A DNA stretch of 38,361 nt from a virus. Taxonomy: Duplodnaviria; Caudoviricetes. Of the stretch, positions 8,067-16,733 are shown piece by piece. The position numbers and the translations under genes were made by a program. Under the pieces are notes generated by a model. That model worked only from the letters and a program-made list of their open reading frames with translations, was not told the DNA's origin and ran no database searches. The DNA lies in the IMG/VR virus record IMGVR_UViG_3300045000_000066, positions 1-38,361 of that record; one strand, given 5' to 3'. Each line of letters begins with the position of its first letter. Position 1 is the stretch's first letter.

Positions 8067-8220
8067 CGGGAACACCTGCTTTCCGTAAGGGTGTTGATCA
8101 TGTTGATCATGCTCCTGGCTCCTCTCTCCTGGGCTTTCATCCCCTATCGTAGCGCGATGAGGCAGCGTCGTATACCGGAACGCGCTATAGTGATCGTACA
8201 CACAAGTGAAGGAGCGGGCC
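8067..8220. promoter_or_regulatory. Divergent promoter region
   Basis: Minus-strand CGCGCTACGAT (8146-8156), plus-strand CGCGCTATAGT (8181-8191), and a tandem TGTTGATCA x2 (8092-8109). Confidence 0.55.
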
Positions 8221-8418
8221 ATGACGAAGGAAGAGTTCATCACAGTCCCGGAGGCAGCGAAGCGGGCCGGGCGAGACCAGCAGACGATCTACCGCTGGTT
8301 CCGCGAGGGCGTGCTCACGAGGTACAAGGTGGGACCGGGGCGAGGGCGGACGCGGGTCAGCGTCGCTGAGCTGGACCGGCTGATCACCCCCACGGCGGTA
8401 CGATCCGCGAACCACTGA
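8221..8418 (+). CDS. MerR/excisionase-like helix-turn-helix DNA-binding protein
   Basis: FITVPEAAKRAGRDQQTIYRWFREGVL is an HTH_17-type pattern. AAGGAG RBS. Confidence 0.8.
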   Translation: MTKEEFITVPEAAKRAGRDQQTIYRWFREGVLTRYKVGPGRGRTRVSVAELDRLITPTAVRSANH

Positions 8419-8451
8419 CGCACCGACAGAGCAGGAGACAGGAGAGAGATC

Positions 8452-8946
8452 ATGGCGGTCAACGCCATCGAGACGGCCTACGCCGGATGCCGTTTTCGAT
8501 CAAGGCTCGAAGCACGCTGGGCCGTCGCACTTGACGTGCTTGACTTCCCGTGGGAGTACGAGCCGCAGGGATTCGACCTCCCCAGCGGGAGGTACCTGCC
8601 GGACTTCCGGGTGGGTGGCCCGGACGATGAGAACCGGTTCTGGATCGAGATCAAGGGTCCGATGCCCGGTGCCCGGGAGTTCCAGGTGGCCACGGAGATC
8701 AACCTCTACGACGCACCCCTGGTGATCTTCAGTGGTGACATCCCCCGCCGTCAGGGCATGGGATCCGCCTGGGTGTTCGGGATGGACGACAACACCTGGG
8801 TCATGGTCACCCCGGAGCAAGCCCTGATCCGGGTGATCTGCCGCAGCCAGGACGAGGCCGACCGGCCGACCAGCCTGGGCAAGACCTACAGCGATGCCCT
8901 GACCGCAGCGCGGTCCGCCCGTTTCGAGCACGGAGAGCAGGGCTGA
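8452..8946 (+). CDS. PD-(D/E)XK family endonuclease
   Basis: FRSRLEARWA...WEYEPQGF...YLPDF...WIEIKG. Confidence 0.75.
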   Translation: MAVNAIETAYAGCRFRSRLEARWAVALDVLDFPWEYEPQGFDLPSGRYLPDFRVGGPDDENRFWIEIKGPMPGAREFQVATEINLYDAPLVIFSGDIPRRQGMGSAWVFGMDDNTWVMVTPEQALIRVICRSQDEADRPTSLGKTYSDALTAARSARFEHGEQG

Positions 8947-8950
8947 TCAC

Positions 8951-11900
8951 ATGACCACTATCGACGAGCCGCCGGTTGCTGCTCGCGACCTGCTGCCGGG
9001 CCACGCCAGGGAACTGGCGGAGTCTGTGATCAATCAGGAGACCATCGACGCCCGGGGGTACGAGACCCTGTACGGCACGGACGAGGACCGTGCCCGGCTG
9101 CACGACCTGCGGGTGCCGCGCTGGAGCTGGCGCGAGGACTTCGCATTCCCCGGCATCCTCATGCCGATGTACCGCGTCACCGGCGAGGAGATCGGCGTCC
9201 AGTGGAAGCCTGCCCTGCCTCAGGAGGCGCCGGGCGGGAAGCTCCAGAAGTACGCCAGCCAGACCGGGGTGCCCAACCGGCTGGACGTTCCGCCGGGCGT
9301 GGCGGATGCGGTGCGCGACCCCAGCGACCCGCTCTGGATCACCGAGGGGATCAAGAAGGGTGACTGCCTCGCCTCGCTGGGCAAGGCCGTGATCACCCTG
9401 ACGGGCGTCTTCAACTGGCGCTCGAAGATGGGCACCCTGGGCGACTGGGAGGACATCCCCCTCCAAGGCCGCACCGTGGTCATCTGCTTCGACTCCGACG
9501 CCCGCGAGAACCGCAACGTCATGCAGGCGATGCTGCGGCTCGGCCGGTGGCTGGAGTCCAAGGGCGCGGGCAACATCCGTTACCTGATCGTCCCGGCTGA
9601 GGTCGGCGAGACCCACGTCAAGGGTGTCGACGACTTCTTCGCGGCCGGGGGCACGCTGGAGATCCTGGGCCAGGCGGCTGCGGCCGGGCTGCCGGAGGAG
9701 ACCCGCGATGCCACGTTCACCGACGCGGTGCTCGCCGACACGGTGTGCTCCGAGGAACTGGACGGCCGCTTCAGGTGGGCGTCGGGCCTGGGTTGGATGA
9801 CCTGGACCGGCCGGGTCTGGACGGAGGCCACGGAGCCCTCCGTGACCGAGACGGTCCGTCAGTGGGCCCTGGAGCGCTTCCACCAGGTACTCGACCAGCA
9901 GAGCGCGGAGCCCGGCCGGGACCTGCGCGGTGCGATCGACGGCTGGCGCGGGGTGCTCTCGGTCGGCCGCCTGGGTGCGGTCGTCCGGCTCGCCAAGGGC
10001 GTCCTGGAGTGCGGTGCGGACGCGTTCGACCGGGATCCGGACCTGCTCAACTGCCCCAACGGGATAGTCGATCTGCGCACCGGGGCGATCCAGCCGCCGG
10101 ACCCCGACATGCTGATGACGAAGATCACCAACGCGGAGTTCGTCAAGGACGCGTCGCACCCGGACTGGGACAAGGCCCTGGAGGCTCTGCCGGAGGACGT
10201 GCGCGACTGGTTCCAGCTGCGCGTGGGACAGGCCCTGACCGGCCACATGACCCCGGATGACCTGGTGATCATCTGCCAGGGCGGAGGGGCCAACGGCAAG
10301 TCGACGGTCTACGACGCGTGCGCGCTGGCGGCCGGGAAGTACCACGTGCAGGTCAGCGACCGGGCGATGCTCGGTGGCGCCAGCGACAACCACCCGACCG
10401 AGATCATGGACCTGATGGGCGCGCGGTACGCGGTCCTGGAGGAGACGCCGGAGAGCAGGAGGCTCGACACCAACCGGCTGAAGAAGCTGTCGGGCACCCG
10501 GGAGATCACCGGGCGTCGCATCCGGCAGGACCCGGTGACCTTCGAAGCCACTCACTCGCTGTTCATCAACTCCAACTACAAGCCGGTGGTGGACGAGACC
10601 GATCACGGAACCTGGAGGCGGCTAGCGCTGCTGCGGTGGCCCTACACGTTCAGGAAGACCCGGGAGGAGTGCCGGGGCGAGGACGACCGACTGGGGGACG
10701 CGACGCTGCGTGACCGCATCAAGCTGAACCCGCACGCCATGGAGGCCGCGCTGGCGTGGATGGCGGAGGGCGCCCGGCGCTGGTACGAGTTCGAGAAGAT
10801 CATGCCCCAGCACCCCGACCGGGTGGTGGGCGACACGATGGCGTGGCGCAAGGAGGCCGACCTGATCCTGGCCTTCATCGCGGAAGAGCTGGAGTTCGAC
10901 CACGACTCGTATGTGATCTCCACGGAGCTCCGCACGGTGTTCAACGACCGGCTCAAGGAGAGGGGTCACAAGGAGTGGGGCGAGAAGACCTTCAGTGCCC
11001 GTTTCGGGGGCCACGACGAGGTCTCCCAGCACGGGGTCCAGTACAAAGTGATCAAGCGCAGGGCGGGCCTCTCCACAAGATCCCGTAACCAGTCCACGGC
11101 GTCCACTCTGCGGGCGTGGGTCGGAGTCCGATTCCGGGACAACTCAGGCGAAGAGGGCGGAGGGGACAAAACGGTAAACGACCCGTTCGGAGGCCCTAAC
11201 GAAGATCAGGTTACGCCAGTTACGCCACAACCTGTTAACGGAGATTTCCCCCCTATACGAGAGGTTAAGGAACGTGGCGTAACTGGCGTAACCGGAGGAG
11301 ACGAGTCCGCTAAAGAGGGTGCTGAGAAGGGCGCCCGCGATCAAGGAACGAAGATCCCGGAGCAGCGATCAGAAGCAGAGGCGGGAGACCAGGAGACCAT
11401 GATCGAAGACATGAGTTTCGAGGAGATGATCAACCCGTTCGCGGACCCCGCGCCGGACCCGTTCGCGGCACCCCCCGCGTCCGCCGCAGAGATGGCCCCA
11501 GACGTGCCAGAAATCGACCTCTCCGGGCCTATCGGCATCGACCTGGAGACCGCCTCAGCCGATGAGGCGTTCACGTACGAGGGTGCGTTCGTGCGCCTCG
11601 CCGGAGTGATCGACCAGCACGACACCACCCGCACCGGCGTCCCGCTGGACGAGCTGGTCGACATGATCGAGGCAGCGCCGGAGGTCTACGGGCACAACAT
11701 CCTGGGCTTTGACGGCCCGGTGCTCGCGCACCGTCACGGGATGGACTGGGAGGCGTTCGCCGCCAAGGCGGTCGACACCGAGCCGCTGGCCCGGCAGGCG
11801 CACCCCCCGCGCAGCCGGGGCAAGTCCTCGGTGGACGAGTACGACCTGGACCACGTAGCGGAGCGCTACGGGCTGCCGGGCAAGACGGACGACATCAAGG

Positions 11901-13243
11901 GCCTTGCCCGGCGCTACGGCGGGTTCGACCTGATCCCGTCCGACGATCCCGACTACAACGCGTACCTGGACGGTGACCTGCGGGCCAGCAAGGCCGTCCG
12001 GGAGATCCTGCCCAGCGACCCGTACACCGCCAGGGAGCACGAGATCCTGGGCCTCATGGGCCGGATGACGATCAACGGCTTCAAGGTCGACGTCCCCCTG
12101 CTCCGTGAGCGCCAGCGCCAGGGCGAGGAGAAGAAGGCGGCGGCCCTGGTCGAGCTCAGCAGTGGCTACGGGCTCCCCCTCTCCCGTGAGGTGATGCGGG
12201 GGCGGGGCAAGGCCAAGGCGCCCGTCACAGAGCGCTTCAGCTCCCCCCTCGCCACCAAGGAGGGCAACGCCTGGCTGACGGACCTCTGGAAGCAGCACGG
12301 GGTGGTGCAGCCGCCGCGCACCGGCAAGGGCGCGCTGTCCACCGCTGCGGAGGAACTGAAGAAGATCGCTGAGCACCCCCGCTGCCCGGCGGACCTCAGG
12401 AACGCTCTGGAGCTGATGGGGATCGTCACCACCACCCGGACCGTGTACCAGACCGCGCTCACGTACCTGACGGCCGACGGCCGGGTGCACCCGAAGGTCT
12501 CCATGCGCCAGGCGTCCGGCCGGGGCTCCGTCACCCAGCCCGGCATGACGGTCTTCGGCAAGCGCAACGGCAAGCATGTCGAGCGCGACATATTCGTGGC
12601 GGACGAGGGCCACGTGATCATCACCTGCGACCTGAGCCAGGTCGACATGCGGGCGGTCGCCGGGCACTGCCAGGACCCGCTCTACATGGCGCTGTACGAG
12701 CCCGGCAAGGACGCGCACCAGGAGATCGCCGACATGATGGGCGTGACCCGGGACGCGGCCAAGCCGCTGGGCCACGGCTACAACTACGGCATGGGCGCCA
12801 AGGCCATGATCCGGGACGGGCACGACCCGCAGCTGGTGGCCACGTTCTTCGACGTGATGAGCCGCTTCACCGTCAAGGACACCTGGACCGGCGAGGTCCG
12901 CGACATCGCGGGCCGGGGCGAGGTGCTGGACAACGGGTTCGGTCGCCTCATGCGCTGCGACCCCACCTGGGCCTACACCGTGGCGCCCGCGCTCATGGGT
13001 CAGGGTGGAGCGCGCGACATCACCTGTGAGGTGCTGCTCCGCCTGATGCGCAAGCACCCGGAGTACCGGCCGTTCCTCCGCACCTGGGTGCATGACGAGT
13101 ACGTGTTCTCGGTCCCGGAGGACCAGGCAGAAGAGATCGGCGCGGAGATCAAGGAGGCGTTCACCTGGGAGTGGCGGGGTGTCCCGATCCTGTGCGACCT
13201 CTCCAAGCCGGGCGCGTCGTGGGGAGCCGTCAGTGCCAAGTGA
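8951..13243 (+). CDS. Fused DNA primase (DUF3854/Toprim-like), D5/P4-type SF3 helicase, and family A DNA polymerase with 3'-5' exonuclease
   Basis: Primase motifs ITEGIKK, CFDSD, KGVDD. Helicase motifs GGGANGKST, AVLEE, INSN. Exonuclease motifs IDLET, HNILGFD, YLDGD. PolA motifs DLSQVDMR, RDAAKPLGHGYNYG, VHDE. One uninterrupted ORF. Confidence 0.9.
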   Translation: MTTIDEPPVAARDLLPGHARELAESVINQETIDARGYETLYGTDEDRARLHDLRVPRWSWREDFAFPGILMPMYRVTGEEIGVQWKPALPQEAPGGKLQKYASQTGVPNRLDVPPGVADAVRDPSDPLWITEGIKKGDCLASLGKAVITLTGVFNWRSKMGTLGDWEDIPLQGRTVVICFDSDARENRNVMQAMLRLGRWLESKGAGNIRYLIVPAEVGETHVKGVDDFFAAGGTLEILGQAAAAGLPEETRDATFTDAVLADTVCSEELDGRFRWASGLGWMTWTGRVWTEATEPSVTETVRQWALERFHQVLDQQSAEPGRDLRGAIDGWRGVLSVGRLGAVVRLAKGVLECGADAFDRDPDLLNCPNGIVDLRTGAIQPPDPDMLMTKITNAEFVKDASHPDWDKALEALPEDVRDWFQLRVGQALTGHMTPDDLVIICQGGGANGKSTVYDACALAAGKYHVQVSDRAMLGGASDNHPTEIMDLMGARYAVLEETPESRRLDTNRLKKLSGTREITGRRIRQDPVTFEATHSLFINSNYKPVVDETDHGTWRRLALLRWPYTFRKTREECRGEDDRLGDATLRDRIKLNPHAMEAALAWMAEGARRWYEFEKIMPQHPDRVVGDTMAWRKEADLILAFIAEELEFDHDSYVISTELRTVFNDRLKERGHKEWGEKTFSARFGGHDEVSQHGVQYKVIKRRAGLSTRSRNQSTASTLRAWVGVRFRDNSGEEGGGDKTVNDPFGGPNEDQVTPVTPQPVNGDFPPIREVKERGVTGVTGGDESAKEGAEKGARDQGTKIPEQRSEAEAGDQETMIEDMSFEEMINPFADPAPDPFAAPPASAAEMAPDVPEIDLSGPIGIDLETASADEAFTYEGAFVRLAGVIDQHDTTRTGVPLDELVDMIEAAPEVYGHNILGFDGPVLAHRHGMDWEAFAAKAVDTEPLARQAHPPRSRGKSSVDEYDLDHVAERYGLPGKTDDIKGLARRYGGFDLIPSDDPDYNAYLDGDLRASKAVREILPSDPYTAREHEILGLMGRMTINGFKVDVPLLRERQRQGEEKKAAALVELSSGYGLPLSREVMRGRGKAKAPVTERFSSPLATKEGNAWLTDLWKQHGVVQPPRTGKGALSTAAEELKKIAEHPRCPADLRNALELMGIVTTTRTVYQTALTYLTADGRVHPKVSMRQASGRGSVTQPGMTVFGKRNGKHVERDIFVADEGHVIITCDLSQVDMRAVAGHCQDPLYMALYEPGKDAHQEIADMMGVTRDAAKPLGHGYNYGMGAKAMIRDGHDPQLVATFFDVMSRFTVKDTWTGEVRDIAGRGEVLDNGFGRLMRCDPTWAYTVAPALMGQGGARDITCEVLLRLMRKHPEYRPFLRTWVHDEYVFSVPEDQAEEIGAEIKEAFTWEWRGVPILCDLSKPGASWGAVSAK
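11209..11293. repeat. Iteron-type inverted repeat, candidate replication origin inside the replicase gene
   Basis: Perfect 20-bp arms GGTTACGCCAGTTACGCCAC / GTGGCGTAACTGGCGTAACC, each containing two GTTACGCCA units, around a 45-bp lower-GC spacer. Confidence 0.7.
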
Positions 13244-13391
13244 TCGGTTCGCGTGCCCGACCGACAACGACGGGTTCCCTGAGTGCATGGGGGACGGGGG
13301 CACCTGCGGAGCGGGAGGGGTGTGCGACCGGCTGGCCGTGACGCCCGACCCCGCTCCGGAGGAGCCCGCGATCTATACCACGGGGCGGTAG
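13233..13391 (+). CDS. Small Cys-containing hypothetical protein
   Basis: GTG start overlaps the polymerase 3' end. 52 aa with four Cys. Confidence 0.35.
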   Translation: MPSDRFACPTDNDGFPECMGDGGTCGAGGVCDRLAVTPDPAPEEPAIYTTGR

Positions 13392-13396
13392 GCTAT

Positions 13397-13592
13397 CCGG
13401 TAACTGCCCGTATTTTATAGGGTAGTTACCGGTGCGTAGAGTAGGGAACGCACGAGGATGCCGTCTAAGGGCCTATCTCAACTGGGCCTGTACGAGGGCA
13501 CCCTGGACGGATTCTAGGGATAGTTCCAGGTCAAAACTTGATCGCTACGGACCGGTAACCTCCGGCCACTCAAGAGCCGTATGGATATACGG
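13397..13592. repeat. Dispersed ~200-bp intergenic element, copy 1
   Basis: Core 13435-13559 aligns without gaps to 20438-20562 (92/125 identical by hand count). Flanking hairpins are present. Confidence 0.85.
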
Positions 13593-13612
13593 AGATGGAT
13601 AAGGGAGAGATC

Positions 13613-14014
13613 ATGCAAATCGTGCAGGTGAAGATCCTCGGAGGCCCCCGGAGGACGTACGCCTACGGCTGGAATGGCGCGGAGCCGCTGAAGATCTACG
13701 ACTGGGTGTACCTGCCGGGCAACCCCGTCACCCCCGACGGGGGCGAGGGGATGGTGGCCGCACTCGGCACGGACGGCTACACCGGCCCGCTCAAGGTGAT
13801 CATCAGCCTGGGCGTCAGCCCGCTGGACTGGGTCCGGGATGCCGGGCTGGTCAACTCCAAGGAGGAGGCGTCCGCACTCTGGAGGCGGGCGAAGGCGGCC
13901 GGGGTGTCCTCCGCCGCGCTCAAGGTGATCGAGTCCGAGGGGTGGGCCCGGCTCGGCCGCCTCGAACGCGAACGGCTCGGCCGCCTCGCCCGTGAGCACG
14001 GGATCGGATCATGA
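13613..14014 (+). CDS. Hypothetical protein with a C-terminal helical module shared with the exonuclease
   Basis: AAGGGAGAG RBS. C-terminal DWVRDAGLVNSKEEASALWRRAKAAG. Confidence 0.7.
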   Translation: MQIVQVKILGGPRRTYAYGWNGAEPLKIYDWVYLPGNPVTPDGGEGMVAALGTDGYTGPLKVIISLGVSPLDWVRDAGLVNSKEEASALWRRAKAAGVSSAALKVIESEGWARLGRLERERLGRLAREHGIGS

Positions 14015-14208
14015 ACCAGCGGGAGATCGACCGGCTGGCCAAGTGGCGGGCCGGTCTGATCCTTCAGGCCGTCCTCTCGGACGGGTGGCGCCCGGACCGG
14101 CTGGTTGAGGAGTACGGCGAGGAGACCACCGACAAGATCACGGAAGCCATACACCGGATATCGGTGAAGCTGTGCGGTGAGGCCACCTCCGCACCCCGCA
14201 AGCCGTAG
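14011..14208 (+). CDS. Hypothetical protein
   Basis: ATGA overlap with the previous gene. 65 aa. Confidence 0.65.
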   Translation: MNQREIDRLAKWRAGLILQAVLSDGWRPDRLVEEYGEETTDKITEAIHRISVKLCGEATSAPRKP

Positions 14209-14214
14209 GACCTC

Positions 14215-14241
14215 GCCCCACCGGCTCCCGGCCGGTGGGGC
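14215..14241 (+). terminator. Hairpin terminator
   Basis: 11-bp stem GCCCCACCGGC / GCCGGTGGGGC just after the stop at 14208. Confidence 0.55.
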
Positions 14242-14300
14242 TTCCCGCAGGCGACATACTGGTGCCGCGATCACGTGCCGTCAGAACTGGAGATCTGATC

Positions 14301-15005
14301 ATGCCGGTCAAGTACATCGAGACCACCGTCATCCCCCGGGACGACCTCACCCCCTTCCCCGGCAACGCGCAGCGGGGTGACGTGGAGAAGATCGCGGACA
14401 GCATCTCCGAGCACGGCCAGTACCGCAGCCTGATCGTCCAGCGCACCCCGGACGGGCGGCACATCGTCCTCGCGGGCAACCAGACCATGATGGCCCTGGA
14501 GGCCCTGGGCGATGAGGGCATGCGCTGCGAGGTCTACCAGTGCGACGACACCACCGCAGCGAAGATCAACCTGCTGGACAACAAGTCCAAGGACTGGGGC
14601 TCTTACGACAACGTCGCCCTGCTGGAGCTGCTGGAGCCGTTCGCTGACGATCTGTCCGGCACCGGTTTCTCCGACGTGGAGCTGGGCGACCTCCTGGACA
14701 GCGTGAACAAGCAGGGTCCGGAGATCATGGAGGCCGGTCCGACCGGCGCCCGGTACTCCGAGTCGGACGAGGAGATCGCCGCACGGCAGGAGCACATCAG
14801 CTCGTACGAGCCGCGTGACGACGGCCCCCACACCGGCGCCACCACCGAGCTGATGCTGGTGCTGACGCTGGACCAGCACAAGGAGACGACCGAGCTGGTG
14901 CGCCAGCTGCGGGGCGAGGGCAACGCCACCGCCGGGGAGATCGTGCTGGAGGCCCTGCGGGCGCGAGTCCGTGACGCGCTGGCCGGTGCAGACGATGGCG
15001 AGTGA
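14301..15005 (+). CDS. ParB-like N-terminal domain protein heading the DNA-modification operon
   Basis: LTPFPGNAQRGDVEKIADSISEHGQYRSLIV...VLAGN...LLDNK...TGFS. GGAG RBS. Confidence 0.75.
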   Translation: MPVKYIETTVIPRDDLTPFPGNAQRGDVEKIADSISEHGQYRSLIVQRTPDGRHIVLAGNQTMMALEALGDEGMRCEVYQCDDTTAAKINLLDNKSKDWGSYDNVALLELLEPFADDLSGTGFSDVELGDLLDSVNKQGPEIMEAGPTGARYSESDEEIAARQEHISSYEPRDDGPHTGATTELMLVLTLDQHKETTELVRQLRGEGNATAGEIVLEALRARVRDALAGADDGE

Positions 15006-15900
15006 GCCCGTCCGCCTGCTCCCCGAACTCTGGCCCGCCTACACCGACTTCCACCGGGAGATGATCGCCACCGGCGACGTCGACCCGGTGTACCCCGTGC
15101 TCCGCGAGATGGCCGCCCGCCGCTCCCCGCAGCGCGCCCTCTGGCTCGTCCTCGCGCACGTCGCCTACTACCACCTGGGCAGCACCCTGGCTGCGTTTTC
15201 CGCAGTGCGGGACACCTGGGATGCGGGGATGGCACCGGCCGACCTCCCGGTTGCTACGGAGCGCAGGGGGCACCGCGACCGGCGCAAGCTGGTCGACCAC
15301 CTGAACAGCCTCCAGCGCAACGCTGACGCGATCCTGTTCTGGACCCGCGATCTCCCGGCCGACCCGCACGAGGCGTGGCGCCTCACGGTCGACCGGCTGA
15401 TGACGATCCACGGCAACGGCCGGTGGGCCGCCTTCAAGACGGCGGAGATGTTCCAGCAGGTGCTCGGTCTGCCGCTGCTCGCCCCGGACATGGCGCACGC
15501 GCACTCCTCCGGCCCGCGCCAGGGGCTGCGCCTCCTGTGGTCAGGCCTGCCGACCGGCAACGACCGGGCGGCCGTCGCGCTGCTCGATCGCTTCAGCCTC
15601 TTCACCATGGTCAGGCTGCGCGAGGCCGGGCTGGAGGCCACGGTGGAGAACACCGAGACGACCCTGTGCGACTTCCACAGCCTGGTGATCGGCCGGTACT
15701 ACGTCGGCGCGGACATCGACAAGATGCAGCTCCAGCTGGACGCGGTGCCCGACCACGGGTACGAGATCACCGGCGAGGCATACGCGGCACGGGCCAAGAC
15801 CCTCCCGCACGCGTACCTCGGTGAGCTGCACGGCCGGACCGGGCCGGACCGGATCCGCAGCACAGCCTTCCGCACCCAGGGACTGGTGGTCACCCGATGA
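14995..15900 (+). CDS. Amino acid:DNA transferase (aGPT-Pplase2/AADT family)
   Basis: GDVDPVY, ERRGHR, GNGRWAAFKTAE (HhH-like), SSGPRQGL and ETTLCDFHSLVIGRYYVGADID. Neighbourhood includes a kinase and a TET/JBP enzyme. Confidence 0.75.
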   Translation: MASEPVRLLPELWPAYTDFHREMIATGDVDPVYPVLREMAARRSPQRALWLVLAHVAYYHLGSTLAAFSAVRDTWDAGMAPADLPVATERRGHRDRRKLVDHLNSLQRNADAILFWTRDLPADPHEAWRLTVDRLMTIHGNGRWAAFKTAEMFQQVLGLPLLAPDMAHAHSSGPRQGLRLLWSGLPTGNDRAAVALLDRFSLFTMVRLREAGLEATVENTETTLCDFHSLVIGRYYVGADIDKMQLQLDAVPDHGYEITGEAYAARAKTLPHAYLGELHGRTGPDRIRSTAFRTQGLVVTR

Positions 15901-16733
15901 AGGTCGCAGTGGCGGGCGCGGGCATCGCGGGGAGCTGTGTGACGCGGGTGCTGCGGGAGCGGGGGCACGAGGTCACGGTGGTCGACCGCTACCCCCAGTG
16001 GGCAGCGTCCCGTTGCGCGTTCGCCGTCAACCGGATGTCGTGGTGGACCGGGGAGCAGCGCGAGGCGGTGCGCACCTCGCTCGCCTGGTACCGCACCCAC
16101 GGGTACGTGATCACGGACGAGGCCACGGTGCACGACGTCCTGCGCGACCGGGTCACCGTGCAGGGCGATCACTACCTGATCGACCCGCTGGCTCCGCTCG
16201 TCACCCCCGACCTGATGGTGAACCTGGACCAGTGGGAGGACACCGACGGCGGCGTGAGCGTGCTCACGGACGACGGCACGGGCCGGACGTTCGACGCCCT
16301 GGTGATCGCGTGCGGCCCCGCCTCGGCGGACCTCACCGGCGGCCGGGGCACATCCACGTACGGCGGGATGTACGCGGCACCCGGCAACCTGCTCACCGAC
16401 CCCGGTCCCCTCGCCCTGCTGCGCCGTACCGACCGGCTGAGCTACACCGTGTGCTTCACCAACGGCGAGACGAGGGTGGGCGCCTCGCGCCGGGTGACCG
16501 CCGCGCTGGCGCGAGCCGACGCGGACAAGATCCTGAACATGGTGACCAAGCACGGTCTGGTCCTGCCCGACCTCTGGGAGTACCGCAGCGGCCGCCGGTA
16601 CGCCACGGCGCAGCCGGGCCTGAGCCAGCTCGACACCCACACGTACTCGCTCACCGGCCTCGCCCGGTCCGGGTACGCCCTCGCCCCGCAGGCCGCACTG
16701 CGCCTCGCGGTCCAACTGGAGACGAGACGATGA
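15897..16733 (+). CDS. FAD-dependent oxidoreductase/lyase (DAO/glycine oxidase-like)
   Basis: N-terminal VAVAGAGIAG...VTVVD Rossmann motif, ASRCA, and C-terminal TGLARSGYALAP. ATGA-coupled. Confidence 0.8.
   Translation: MKVAVAGAGIAGSCVTRVLRERGHEVTVVDRYPQWAASRCAFAVNRMSWWTGEQREAVRTSLAWYRTHGYVITDEATVHDVLRDRVTVQGDHYLIDPLAPLVTPDLMVNLDQWEDTDGGVSVLTDDGTGRTFDALVIACGPASADLTGGRGTSTYGGMYAAPGNLLTDPGPLALLRRTDRLSYTVCFTNGETRVGASRRVTAALARADADKILNMVTKHGLVLPDLWEYRSGRRYATAQPGLSQLDTHTYSLTGLARSGYALAPQAALRLAVQLETRR

Noticed and set aside
8221-8418. Excisionase implying a prophage boundary
   Set aside because: No integrase, att-like repeat or host genes lie in the window, so temperate status cannot be determined.
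11100-11520. Intein or intron in the lower-GC replicase linker
   Set aside because: No C/S...HN-C/S/T splice motifs and no interruption of the frame. Better explained by an origin plus a disordered linker.
13432-13602. Coding explanation for the duplicated element, since early mismatches fall at third codon positions
   Set aside because: The equivalent frame in copy 2 has two TGA stops, and the matching minus-strand frame has a stop in copy 1. There is no RBS.
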